A DNA stretch of 64,000 nt, taken from Minisyncoccia bacterium. Lineage in GTDB: Bacteria > Patescibacteriota > Minisyncoccia > Phycocordibacterales > JAACPR01. The stretch's first letter is position 1, and every line of letters starts with the position of its first letter. The stretch covers positions 15,860 through 79,859 of the forward strand of contig JBGSLH010000008.1 of assembly GCA_041740795.1 (NCBI GenBank). Reading direction: 5' to 3'. Both the position numbers and the translations under genes were made by a program. The notes under the pieces are model-generated. The model was not told where the DNA came from and made no database searches. It saw nothing but the letters and a program-made list of their open reading frames with translations. Positions 27,966-37,114 of the stretch are shown here, piece after piece.

Positions 27966-28838
27966 ATGAATAATCTAGTAAAAAGAGTTCAAGATACGTA
28001 TCTAAAATCTCCAATCTCTTTTCAAATTATTGGGATAACAACCTTATTTTTAGTCATCGTTTTTCCAATTTATGGGATCTATAATGAAATAAAACCAAGC
28101 GATACAGAATACTCAGAGGATAGGGGTTCAGATCACGAAGACTGTAATGTTCAAGGGATTGAACTTAGAGGTGAATTATTTACATATGTTCCAAGAGACG
28201 ATGAGGGTGTCAAAGAATATGGACTTGAAGATTCGTCTGAGAGTGAAGATGTTATGTATTATCTCAAAAATGCAGAGAATGAAGATGACATCAAAGGTGT
28301 ACTCATCGAAGTTGATTCATATGGAGGATCACCAGCTGCTGCAGAAGAAATTTCAAACACAATAAAATCAATGAACAAGCCTGTAGTAGTATTTATTCGA
28401 GAAGCAGGGCTATCTGCATCATACTATGCAATTTCTCCAGCTGATTATATTTTTGCCCTCAAAAACTCTAGTATTGGAAGTATTGGTGTAACTCAATCGT
28501 ATTTAGATAATATTTCAAAGAATCAAAAAGAAGGAAATTCCTTTGTTCAATTAAGTGTGGGTAAATTTAAGGATTCAGGAAATCCAGATAAGTCACTTAA
28601 CCAAGAGGAGCGAGCTTTATTTATGAGAGATCTTAATATTATTCATGAAAACTTTATACAGGCTATTTCTGAAAATAGGAATATTCAAATTGATAAGATA
28701 AGAGATATAGCTGACGGATCTTCAGTACTAGGAGAGAAAGCAAAAGAACTCGGACTTATTGATGATATTGGGGGTTATGTTGAATCTCAGAAATACATTG
28801 AGAATTTAATAGATGAAGAAGTGTCTGTTTGCTGGTAG
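27966..28838 (+). CDS. signal peptide peptidase SppA (S49), membrane anchored
   Basis: N-terminal TM. VDSYGGSPAAAEEI and GLSASYYAISPAD match the S49 catalytic regions. Confidence 0.7.
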   Translation: MNNLVKRVQDTYLKSPISFQIIGITTLFLVIVFPIYGIYNEIKPSDTEYSEDRGSDHEDCNVQGIELRGELFTYVPRDDEGVKEYGLEDSSESEDVMYYLKNAENEDDIKGVLIEVDSYGGSPAAAEEISNTIKSMNKPVVVFIREAGLSASYYAISPADYIFALKNSSIGSIGVTQSYLDNISKNQKEGNSFVQLSVGKFKDSGNPDKSLNQEERALFMRDLNIIHENFIQAISENRNIQIDKIRDIADGSSVLGEKAKELGLIDDIGGYVESQKYIENLIDEEVSVCW

Positions 28839-28864
28839 ATTTTACTTAATGTTACAATAAAAAT

Positions 28865-29320
28865 ATGGAAAAAAATAAACAAAAAACAGGATTAAGTGAT
28901 GGAAATAGAAAATTTATTGTCTTCGTTTCTTTTGTTCTTTTGTTTATATATGCACCACTGTTTCCTGATAATATTATTATTAGAAGCTTAATCTTTTTCG
29001 GGACGCCTGTATCGATCTGGTTGTTTTTAAAGTATCAGGGAAAAGATTGGTCAATGAATAAGATGGATAATGATACTTTAACAAGTGTGATGTTCGGTAT
29101 AATTGCTGGAATGTTTTTACTGAGTAGTTACTCATCATTTTCTGCAAAATATCACACGGAATGCGATCAATATGCAAGGTCTGGAAAAGGGGAATATGAG
29201 TGCGTTGGAGATTATAAAACAGCTAAAGGTCCAGATAGAGGTGAAGGTATTATGAAAATATTATTTGCAGCAATTGCAATTAAACTTGCTCTTGCTAAAA
29301 AAGAGGAAGATGAATCCTAA
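28865..29320 (+). CDS. hypothetical membrane protein
   Basis: Three hydrophobic helices. No family recognised. Confidence 0.4.
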   Translation: MEKNKQKTGLSDGNRKFIVFVSFVLLFIYAPLFPDNIIIRSLIFFGTPVSIWLFLKYQGKDWSMNKMDNDTLTSVMFGIIAGMFLLSSYSSFSAKYHTECDQYARSGKGEYECVGDYKTAKGPDRGEGIMKILFAAIAIKLALAKKEEDES

Positions 29321-29575
29321 TCTAAATTTAAATTTGAATAAACTTACAAATAAAAAAGTTAAATTAACATATCTATGTAAAAAGTCTTCAGAAGAAAGTA
29401 CTTTGAGATTAGATAAAGCATTTGATATCTTATTTGAGTATGTTTTCGAGAAGATTGATGATTCAAAAAATACTAAATCACGGTAAACTGATTGCTTAGC
29501 AAATCCCTGATTTGCGATATAATGCAATGAGATAGTATATCTTTCGATATATTATAGAAGAATACAATTCAAAAA

Positions 29576-29676
29576 GGCCTATCAAGCATAAAGAACCCGT
29601 CATGGGGTTTTGCTTGATAGGCCGCATCAGGAAACTGGTGTGAAGGATTTCGATCCTTACCCGTGGCGGGCTTTTT
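29576..29676 (+). other. structured intergenic element (13-bp perfect stem enclosing an inner hairpin, a tRNA T-arm-like hairpin, terminator-like stem + T-run)
   Basis: ggcctatcaagca...tgcttgataggcc (13/13). aaggatttcgatcctt palindrome. cccgtggcggg followed by cttttt. Confidence 0.35.
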
Positions 29677-29712
29677 GTGTATTCAATTAATAATTAAGAC
29701 CTATCAAGTAAA

Positions 29713-30171
29713 ATGGAAAATTTAAATACAAAAGATACTAAAAACTGTTATCAGTGCCTTTCAGAAATGCCAAAACGAGCACGAAAATGTGCAAAATGTG
29801 GAAGTAAGCAACCAAGTCAAATACTCAAGGTTGCAGCAATAATTATCGGACTTATCGTTCTTTGGACAATGATTACATCTTCATTTGAAGACAGTGCTCC
29901 AGTTGTAACAGAAACATATAATCCGCCGGTTCCTGTTCAACAATCAAGTTTTGAACTTGGGAAGTATAAAGTTGAATCAGAAGAGTTTGCATATATTAAT
30001 CCTAAAGAATTAAATCTTTGGAAGTCATATAGTGATAGAACAAAAGTTGGAACAGTATCTGAAGGGAGTGTTATTGAAGTGATTGAACACGATTCTAAAA
30101 ATGACTACTGTAAAATCAAGACAGACAAGAGTACAGGTTGGGTAGCATGTGGATGGCTAGTAAAACAATAA
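29713..30171 (+). CDS. zinc-ribbon / TM / SH3b-like domain protein
   Basis: N-terminal CYQC...CAKCG ribbon, one TM, and a C-terminal GWVACGWL typical of bacterial SH3-like domains. Confidence 0.4.
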   Translation: MENLNTKDTKNCYQCLSEMPKRARKCAKCGSKQPSQILKVAAIIIGLIVLWTMITSSFEDSAPVVTETYNPPVPVQQSSFELGKYKVESEEFAYINPKELNLWKSYSDRTKVGTVSEGSVIEVIEHDSKNDYCKIKTDKSTGWVACGWLVKQ

Positions 30172-30633
30172 TCACTTCTTCTTAGTGTAAAAAGGTTTCC
30201 ATCTATCAAGCATTGCGCGAGCTTTTTGTTTGATTCTCTCTCTATCTTCTTTTGACTGTCCAAATTTGATTTGATTTAAATCGTTCATCATCCTGTAGTG
30301 CTCCTTAATCAATTCTCGTTCAAATACATTCACGCCTGCACCTCGATGCATAAAAGGTTTCCTGTATGCATGATGCCTATTGGATAACCAAAATTTACTC
30401 GTTCCAATGTCTCCTTTTTTAATCCCATTTAGAATATTACTTTCTGCCACGTCACTGACCAAACTACTTCCAATTTCTATTGCATCTGTTGCTTGTGTCT
30501 TAAACTTAGAATCTTCTTTCATCCAGCGATAAAAAGTTTGTCTTGATATTCCAACTTTCGTACACGCAATTTGTACAATCGGAGTTGACTCTAGTTCTCT
30601 AAGAATTTTCTTTTGTAAATTATCTTTTTTCAC
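30172..30633 (-). CDS. HTH protein resembling phage terminase small subunit
   Basis: N-terminal HTH (VGISRQTFYRWMKED) and a basic C-terminal region. Its 5' end overlaps the upstream methyltransferase gene. Confidence 0.4.
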   Translation of the reverse strand: MKKDNLQKKILRELESTPIVQIACTKVGISRQTFYRWMKEDSKFKTQATDAIEIGSSLVSDVAESNILNGIKKGDIGTSKFWLSNRHHAYRKPFMHRGAGVNVFERELIKEHYRMMNDLNQIKFGQSKEDRERIKQKARAMLDRWKPFYTKKK

Positions 30634-31909
30634 AACGATTAATCTTAGCTTTTTGACCAGTCATCTTTTCATATCTTTTAATAATGAGGTCACAGAAAAT
30701 AGGTTCAAGTTCACATCCGTATACTCGTCTTTGGAGTAATTCACCTGCAATTAATGTACTTCCTGATCCCAGAAAACTATCAAGGATTATGTCATTTGGC
30801 TTGGTGCATCTTTTCATTGCTTTTTCATGCAGTTGAGGTGGTTTTGAAGTTGCATGCTGATAGTCTTGTGCAGATAATCTTTTAGCAGTCCAAACATCTA
30901 TAAAGTCATCTACTTCATCAAGTAGATTATTACCAGTAGTCAGTTCTTTATTCATAACCTCGTTTAGATTATTGATTGTATGTGCAAGATATGGTTTTCC
31001 ACGAACACCATACGTCACAGGTTCATATACCTTGTTGAAGGCAACGGAAGGAACTGGGTTCTGATTATTCTTGAGCCACAAACATACGCGCTTGTTTGAT
31101 ATCCCAAGTAGGCGATAGAGTTCTTGCACAATTCCGATATAAATTTGATCAGACCAGTAGAACACATGAATATCTTTCTTACATACTTTTAAAGCACATT
31201 CTATACTGTCTTTAAGAAATTTATAATATTGATCAAATGTTCTCTTATCTTTCACGTCTCCACCATATGATTGTTTTCCTCCAATGCCTCCGTTGTAATC
31301 AACTTCAATATTGTAGACAGGGTCTGAATAAATCATCGATGCTTTTTCATTGCCAAATAGTTTTTTTAGAATTTCTGGGTCAGTTGAATCTCCACAGATA
31401 ATCCTGTGCTTTCCAAGAGTAATAATGTCACCCAATCGAATTTTAGGCTTTTTAATTTTTTGTAACTCTTTTTCAACATCAAAGTTATCATCGGTAACCT
31501 CTTTGTCTTGGTCCCAAAAATCTGCAATTTCAATCTCATCAAAACCAGCAAATTCTAAAGTTTTGATATCAAATGATTTGAGTAAATCAAAATCCCAATC
31601 ACCACCAAGTTTGTTGGATGCAATGAGATATTGCTCTGACTCTTTTTTAGTTAGTTTTCGATTTGGAATTCGAACATCAATTATTTCATCACCTCGACCA
31701 AGTAGGTGAAGGGCTTGTAATCTTTGGTGACCGGCCAGAATTACGCCATTAATATCAATGGCAGGTATTTCCACTAGATTGAATTTAGTGAGACTCTTTT
31801 TAATGTCAGACATTTGCTTATCTGTAATCTGTCTTGGATTTATTTTTTGAGGTGTTAAATCAGACACTTTTCTTTGAACTGTAGTCCATGTTAGTTTTTG
31901 TATATTCAT
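30620..31909 (-). CDS. ParB-like nuclease domain fused to N6-adenine/N4-cytosine DNA methyltransferase (phage/plasmid type, no cognate REase seen)
   Basis: ParBc motif ILAGHQRLQA. MTase motif IV-like SDPVY and motif I ILDSFLGSGST. Confidence 0.8.
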   Translation of the reverse strand: MNIQKLTWTTVQRKVSDLTPQKINPRQITDKQMSDIKKSLTKFNLVEIPAIDINGVILAGHQRLQALHLLGRGDEIIDVRIPNRKLTKKESEQYLIASNKLGGDWDFDLLKSFDIKTLEFAGFDEIEIADFWDQDKEVTDDNFDVEKELQKIKKPKIRLGDIITLGKHRIICGDSTDPEILKKLFGNEKASMIYSDPVYNIEVDYNGGIGGKQSYGGDVKDKRTFDQYYKFLKDSIECALKVCKKDIHVFYWSDQIYIGIVQELYRLLGISNKRVCLWLKNNQNPVPSVAFNKVYEPVTYGVRGKPYLAHTINNLNEVMNKELTTGNNLLDEVDDFIDVWTAKRLSAQDYQHATSKPPQLHEKAMKRCTKPNDIILDSFLGSGSTLIAGELLQRRVYGCELEPIFCDLIIKRYEKMTGQKAKINRCEKR

Positions 31910-32061
31910 AATATTAATTATTATTTATTAATGTTTTGACAAATACATACAAAAAGCCCACCTCTCATATGAAGATTCAATACACTAAAATAATGTATTC
32001 AAGCTTTCTATATGAGTTAGGTGGGTTAATTGCTTAAGCGACACTAACTACTTTATTTGTC

Positions 32062-32436
32062 TTACTCTAAAGAATTCTTAGGAACTAAGCGACCTGTTAG
32101 TAAAAATTCAAGAGAATCCATGTCTTCTATATCTTTACCATCAAGTCTTATGTTTAGATCCGTATCAAGTAATTCTTCGATCTCTTCATCTTTGTCTTGA
32201 TAATCAAAAAAACCATTTATTTGAATTTCATTTTTTATGATTTTTTCCTTTTGATAGGGAAGTATTTTGAACTTCGCAATCAAACCTCCTTTTTGGCCAT
32301 CTAGACAAGCGCTTTGTTTTTCTAAAACAATTCTCTGTGATTTGGAAGAATCCCAATTTTTCTCCTCACGATTACGTAATTTTCTTTTGGGAAAATTTAA
32401 TGTAATGGCTTTGAAATTTTTGATGATTATTTCCAT
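32062..32436 (-). CDS. hypothetical protein
   Basis: 124-aa ORF. No family recognised. Confidence 0.3.
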   Translation of the reverse strand: MEIIIKNFKAITLNFPKRKLRNREEKNWDSSKSQRIVLEKQSACLDGQKGGLIAKFKILPYQKEKIIKNEIQINGFFDYQDKDEEIEELLDTDLNIRLDGKDIEDMDSLEFLLTGRLVPKNSLE

Positions 32437-32442
32437 GATACT

Positions 32443-32583
32443 TTAACTTTTAGAACCTCGTTTATGTTTTTGAGATAGGGCACTTCCTGCTAACCTTTTT
32501 GTGGTTTTAGAAGTGCTTTTACTCCTCAGTGCTTTACTTGCAGTTCTTGCAACTTTGGCACTCGTTGTTTTTCTGTGACCCAT
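32443..32583 (-). CDS. small basic Ser/Thr/Lys-rich protein (46 aa), not in ORF track
   Basis: MGHRKTTSAKVARTASKALRSKSTSKTTKRLAGSALSQKHKRGSKS. It lies 6 nt upstream of 32062..32436 on the same strand. Confidence 0.25.
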   Translation of the reverse strand: MGHRKTTSAKVARTASKALRSKSTSKTTKRLAGSALSQKHKRGSKS

Positions 32584-32612
32584 ATTGTTCTTGGGTTAAC
32601 TAATAATGATGA

Positions 32613-32625
32613 TTGAAATATTCAA
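32613..32625. promoter_or_regulatory. palindromic candidate operator TTGAAATATTCAA in a divergent promoter region
   Basis: A perfect 13-bp palindrome between the minus-strand small gene and the LexA-like gene. Confidence 0.3.
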
Positions 32626-32713
32626 TCTATTCTTATTTTACCAAGGTTGTTTGTCAAAAGTCAAGACAATATATTTCTGAGCATTGCAAAAGTAAAGTGT
32701 AAGTGATATTATT

Positions 32714-33367
32714 ATGTATATGGAAGCAAAAAATCTGCATATAAAACAACAACTAATACTTTCAATGCTTGAATCTGGAAAAGATTTAGGAGCGATGACT
32801 CTTCGTGGTATTGCTGAAGATATTGGAGCTCCTGGGAAACCTCAAATTGCCAAACATCACTTAGATCAACTCGAAAAAAGGGGATTGATACAGATGAACC
32901 TAAAAGAGAATTTTATTAAACTTGTAAAAAAGGGATATAACAAACCTGTTGTGAGTCCTCTGTACTCTCTGCCAGTTATGGGATCTGCCAATTGCGGTTC
33001 TCCTACAATTTTTGCTGAACAGAACATTGAAAAATATTTGAAAGTTTCTTCTAGTAGATTACCAAGAAACAAAAAAAGTCTCTATGTATTAATTGCTAGT
33101 GGATCGAGTATGAACGATGTTTCTATTGATGGTAAAAATATTGAGAACGGTGATTTTGTGTTAGTAGACAGTAATTATAAAGACTACAAAGATGGAGATG
33201 TTGTTGTTGCTGTTGTGGATGGATTAGCAACAATTAAAATATATTTCAAAAGAGGTGATGAAATAATTTTAAAACCAAAATCAACAGAAGATCATCTCCC
33301 TGTTTATCTCCATGAGGATGATGAGTTTGCGTTTAATGGAAAGGTTGTAGGAGTTATTAAAAATTGA
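32714..33367 (+). CDS. LexA-like repressor (LexA-type winged HTH + S24 peptidase)
   Basis: LexA N-terminal domain pattern (LTLRGIAEDIG...HHLDQLEKRGLI). S24 Ser/Lys dyad context (IASGSSMNDVSI...ATIKIY). The stop is 1 nt before the next gene. Confidence 0.75.
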   Translation: MYMEAKNLHIKQQLILSMLESGKDLGAMTLRGIAEDIGAPGKPQIAKHHLDQLEKRGLIQMNLKENFIKLVKKGYNKPVVSPLYSLPVMGSANCGSPTIFAEQNIEKYLKVSSSRLPRNKKSLYVLIASGSSMNDVSIDGKNIENGDFVLVDSNYKDYKDGDVVVAVVDGLATIKIYFKRGDEIILKPKSTEDHLPVYLHEDDEFAFNGKVVGVIKN

Positions 33368-33368
33368 T

Positions 33369-34514
33369 ATGCCGATTACTAATGTAAAAGAAATTAAGGA
33401 TGCTCGAGGTATTGATCCAAATACAAAAGCCTTGTTATTTGCAAAAACTGCAGGTAGGTGTGAGTTGTGTAATAAATTGACCATTAAAGATGTAACAACT
33501 GGAGTGAATTTAATTTGGGGAGAAATGGCCCACATATATGCGTTTAGTGAGGGTGGTCCTCGAGCACAGGTAGATAAACTTAGGAAAAATGATATTGAGA
33601 ATTTACTTCTGGCTTGTCCTAATTGTCATGAAAAAATTGATAAAGGAGTTCAGGAAAAATATTATACAGTTAAATATCTACAAGAATCTAAAAAGAATCA
33701 TGAAGATAGAATAAAATTAGCAACAAGTTTTTCGTCAGAACAAAAAACTAAAGTATTGAAAACGGTTGCAAATATTAATAATGAAATAGTAAAACTTTCT
33801 AACTTCGATATGTTCCAGGCCTTAATGGTAGAAAAATTACTCACTTCTGAAGAAAATTGCGAAGAAATTAATTTTACACAAAATTCAGGTCTTAATAATC
33901 AGACATATTGGAAATCAAAAAAACAAGATATTGATGAAATTATAAAAAATTTTATTTCTGATTTGAAAAGAGAGAAGTTTGAACATATTTCAATTTTCGG
34001 GATTGGACCAATTCCACTTCTGATGTATTTAGGTTCAAAATTAGACAATAAGATTAATACAAAAGTATTTCAAAGACACCGTGATGGTGAGAGTTGGAGC
34101 TGGAAGAAGGGAATACCAAAAGCTGAATATAATTTTAGTGTAAAGAAAAAGGGCTCTGACAAAAATAAAGTTTCACTTCTACTGTCTCTTTCTGGAACTA
34201 TAAATCGTAACCTACTCCCAACTAATGTCAAAGAAAATTATATGTACGAATTGTCTCTTAAGGGTAGTCCTAATTATAATTTTTTGCAAACAGAAAAAGA
34301 CCTATTTCATTTTGAAAAAGATTTCACTACGGCTATAAGTAAAATAAAAAATAATCACCCTAATTTAAAAAGCATCGATGTTTTCCCGGCTGTCCCAGCA
34401 CCTGTTGCAATTATATGTGGTAGGTCCTTAAATAAAAACTCTGACCCCAAATTAAGGATTTTTAATACATCCAACAAGAAGAAGTTCGTTTATTCATTAA
34501 CAATTAATAATTAA
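33369..34514 (+). CDS. HNH endonuclease with ~270-aa C-terminal domain (Cap5-like HNH-SAVED effector architecture)
   Basis: HNH motif CELCNK...AHIYAFSEGG...NLLLACPNCHEKID within the N-terminal 95 aa. The C-terminal domain is unassigned by eye; its size and position fit SAVED. Confidence 0.55.
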   Translation: MPITNVKEIKDARGIDPNTKALLFAKTAGRCELCNKLTIKDVTTGVNLIWGEMAHIYAFSEGGPRAQVDKLRKNDIENLLLACPNCHEKIDKGVQEKYYTVKYLQESKKNHEDRIKLATSFSSEQKTKVLKTVANINNEIVKLSNFDMFQALMVEKLLTSEENCEEINFTQNSGLNNQTYWKSKKQDIDEIIKNFISDLKREKFEHISIFGIGPIPLLMYLGSKLDNKINTKVFQRHRDGESWSWKKGIPKAEYNFSVKKKGSDKNKVSLLLSLSGTINRNLLPTNVKENYMYELSLKGSPNYNFLQTEKDLFHFEKDFTTAISKIKNNHPNLKSIDVFPAVPAPVAIICGRSLNKNSDPKLRIFNTSNKKKFVYSLTINN

Positions 34515-34517
34515 AAT

Positions 34518-35408
34518 ATGGAAACTAATAAATATTTAAAAGAAGTACTAAAACAGGAAGCATTAGAAGACGACGGTCCTGAGCTAAAAGAATTACGTTC
34601 TGAGCGAGAAAAAATAGAGAAAATAATCTTAGAAAAGTTTTCTGAGTCTAGCCCATCTATTCGTTATGGTGGCTCAAAAGCAAAAGGTACAATGATAAAA
34701 AGTAGTTTTGATTTAGATATCACTGTGTACTTTGATCATAATGACACTAAGTGTGGAAGTAGTTTGAAAGAGATCTTTGATAATGTTACAGAGGCATTTT
34801 CCGAGACTTATTTACCTGTACCCAAAAACGCATCGATACGATTAGAGTCAAAGGGGGATAATAATATGTATACACATATAGATATTGTTCCTGGACGTTT
34901 TATTTCAGATAATAAGGAAAATGAAGATGTCTTTATTCATCAAAATACAGGAGAAAAAGGTTTTTTAAAGACAAATCTTAATAAGCACAAGGAATTCATT
35001 AGTAAAAGTGGTTTGCGAGAAGAGATAAAACTTGCAAAGATTTGGAAGATTAAAAACAATCTCGAAGTTAAAACTTTTGTTTTAGAGTTGTTACTAATCA
35101 AAATTCTAAAAGAATATGTTGGGAAACCTTTGGAGGATAACATGATTTTGTTCTGGGAAACCTTAAGGGACAAGATTAATAATATTACTATCATTGATCC
35201 TGCTAATTCTAGTAATGATTTAACTGATATTTTAAATAAAAGTAAATATACACTATGTAGTAGTGCTTCAACAGCATTGTATTATGTAAACTCAGATTCT
35301 TGGAAAAGTATTTTTGGAGAAGTTAATAATTTGGAAAAAGTAAATATTGAGGATAGTACACCAATGGCCATCACTAGTACTCCGAAACCATGGTCTTCGA
35401 TTTCATGA
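34518..35408 (+). CDS. minimal Pol-beta-type nucleotidyltransferase (CD-NTase/SMODS-like)
   Basis: GS...DLD (RYGGSKAKGTMIKSSFDLDITV) and a third acidic motif HIDIV. 3-nt gap from the upstream gene. Confidence 0.55.
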   Translation: METNKYLKEVLKQEALEDDGPELKELRSEREKIEKIILEKFSESSPSIRYGGSKAKGTMIKSSFDLDITVYFDHNDTKCGSSLKEIFDNVTEAFSETYLPVPKNASIRLESKGDNNMYTHIDIVPGRFISDNKENEDVFIHQNTGEKGFLKTNLNKHKEFISKSGLREEIKLAKIWKIKNNLEVKTFVLELLLIKILKEYVGKPLEDNMILFWETLRDKINNITIIDPANSSNDLTDILNKSKYTLCSSASTALYYVNSDSWKSIFGEVNNLEKVNIEDSTPMAITSTPKPWSSIS

Positions 35409-36124
35409 GTATGGCGCTATATAAATTTAGTGAGGAGGAGGTAGAATCTGTTTTTAAGAAATATAAAAAACTAAAATTGAACAAAAACGGTTTTATTGAA
35501 GGTGAAATATTGTTAAATCACACTTATGATGACATTCATATAAAAGATAAATTTCAGATAGTTATAGGTGCTGATGAAGAGTATCCTAAAACCACACCTC
35601 GATTAATGGAAGTCGGAAAGAGAACAGAGAAAATTGCTCAGAAATATAATATAAAAGATTTTAGGGATTTACATAATAATTCAAAAGATGGTGGAACTGT
35701 ATGTTTGGGGAGTCCTCGTGAAATTAGAAATAAATTTCCAGTTGGTTCAGATCTAGTGGTCTTTGTCGATGATTTGGTAATACCTTATCTATTTGGATTT
35801 AGTTTTTATGAAAAACATAAAAAATGGCCTTGGGGAGAATTAAGTCATGGTATTCTGGGAATTTTGGAAGACTATCTGGATATCAAAGATGTATCTAGAA
35901 CTGATATAGATAATGTATTATTGTTGATTAAGAGGAGTCCAGATTGGATTGATTACAATAAACAAATAAAAAAACTCAGTCCACAAAAACATTGTATCTG
36001 TGGCTCGTGCAGACCCTTTTGTAAATGTCATTCTGATGCATGGAAAGGTTTAGAAAAACTTGTTTGTGATATGAAAAAATTTAATCTAAATGTAAAATCT
36101 GCACTAAGTCAGATTAAGATTTAA
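35390..36124 (+). CDS. E2/UBC-like protein with C-terminal Cys-rich zinc ribbon (CBASS type II-short Cap2-like)
   Basis: HNN...GGTVCLGSP resembles the E2 HPN...G.ICL active-site region. C-terminal HCICGSCRPFCKCH. Overlaps the NTase gene end. Confidence 0.45.
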   Translation: MVFDFMSMALYKFSEEEVESVFKKYKKLKLNKNGFIEGEILLNHTYDDIHIKDKFQIVIGADEEYPKTTPRLMEVGKRTEKIAQKYNIKDFRDLHNNSKDGGTVCLGSPREIRNKFPVGSDLVVFVDDLVIPYLFGFSFYEKHKKWPWGELSHGILGILEDYLDIKDVSRTDIDNVLLLIKRSPDWIDYNKQIKKLSPQKHCICGSCRPFCKCHSDAWKGLEKLVCDMKKFNLNVKSALSQIKI

Positions 36125-36728
36125 TTTTCTTATTTAATTTCATATTTTTCATCTCTTCTCTAACCCATTTTCTGTGTTTTTTATCTCTATGTCTATCATA
36201 AGATTTTCTTATTGGATTAAACTTGATTATTAGATTAGGGTTTTCTTTTTTAAGGAAAATATACTCGTGAACTTTACCATCTTCATTTAATATCTCTCTT
36301 GCAACTAGTTTGCCTTCTCGAACATATTTTTTAACCGTTTGTATATGAAGACCTAAATCACTTTTTAATTGCCAAGTTTTTATATAACTATCACTGTTGT
36401 GACAAATAAAACTAGGTACAACACCTGTGTCTAGTGCTTTCTGACAAAGTGAACATTTATTGCCATTCCAATCATACCAACCGTTGACCTCGTCGATACC
36501 ACATCCACATATGATACAACTATATTGGCCATCAACTGGAAATCCTTTAGGCTCTGTCTTCAGACGTTTTTTCTTTCTTTGGTCTCTAATTGCGATATCA
36601 AAAAGGAGATCTGCTAAACCTATTAAATTATTGGTGGCTTCTTGTGCTTCAGAATCACTCATTTCTTTACCTTCCTTTTTCTTATATAACTTTTTTATTT
36701 CTTCTGTTAATTTCTCAGATGATTTCAT
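36114..36728 (-). CDS. hypothetical Cys-rich (zinc-binding) protein
   Basis: CIICGCG...C.LC plus a basic C-terminus. No family recognised. Confidence 0.35.
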   Translation of the reverse strand: MKSSEKLTEEIKKLYKKKEGKEMSDSEAQEATNNLIGLADLLFDIAIRDQRKKKRLKTEPKGFPVDGQYSCIICGCGIDEVNGWYDWNGNKCSLCQKALDTGVVPSFICHNSDSYIKTWQLKSDLGLHIQTVKKYVREGKLVAREILNEDGKVHEYIFLKKENPNLIIKFNPIRKSYDRHRDKKHRKWVREEMKNMKLNKKIKS

Positions 36729-36811
36729 AAAGTATTAAAGGTTACTTTGTAATGAGGTACTACTTTATATTTTATAATGGACTCGATATTTTAATCCAGA
36801 CATGCTAGTGT

Positions 36812-37018
36812 TTGGGGCATATGAGGGAAACAAACACATTATCTATAATTCTAAACATAATACTGATACCTATTGTGATAATTAGTAAGGTTATTGCTTT
36901 GATATATAAGGGTATAAAGAGGGTAGTATTTGATATGCTTAAACATGTATATGGCAAAATAATTGCTCTCCTTGTGGCCTTTGTAGTGATTTGGATAGTT
37001 ACATATCTCTTTCGCTAG
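36812..37018 (+). CDS. small membrane protein
   Basis: Two hydrophobic helices. Confidence 0.3.
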   Translation: MGHMRETNTLSIILNIILIPIVIISKVIALIYKGIKRVVFDMLKHVYGKIIALLVAFVVIWIVTYLFR

Positions 37019-37114
37019 GCAGTGTCACTTTTGTCACTTTTTATAGGTGCTCAAGTCGCGTCATTTCAAAATTTAAAGATTGTACCAACCATCAAGCAGG
37101 GCTTGGTGGTGGTT

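Noticed and set aside
27966-28838. S49 peptidase as a phage prohead protease (island context)
   Set aside because: The N-terminal transmembrane anchor and a size typical of cellular SppA argue for a membrane signal-peptide peptidase. No capsid genes are adjacent.
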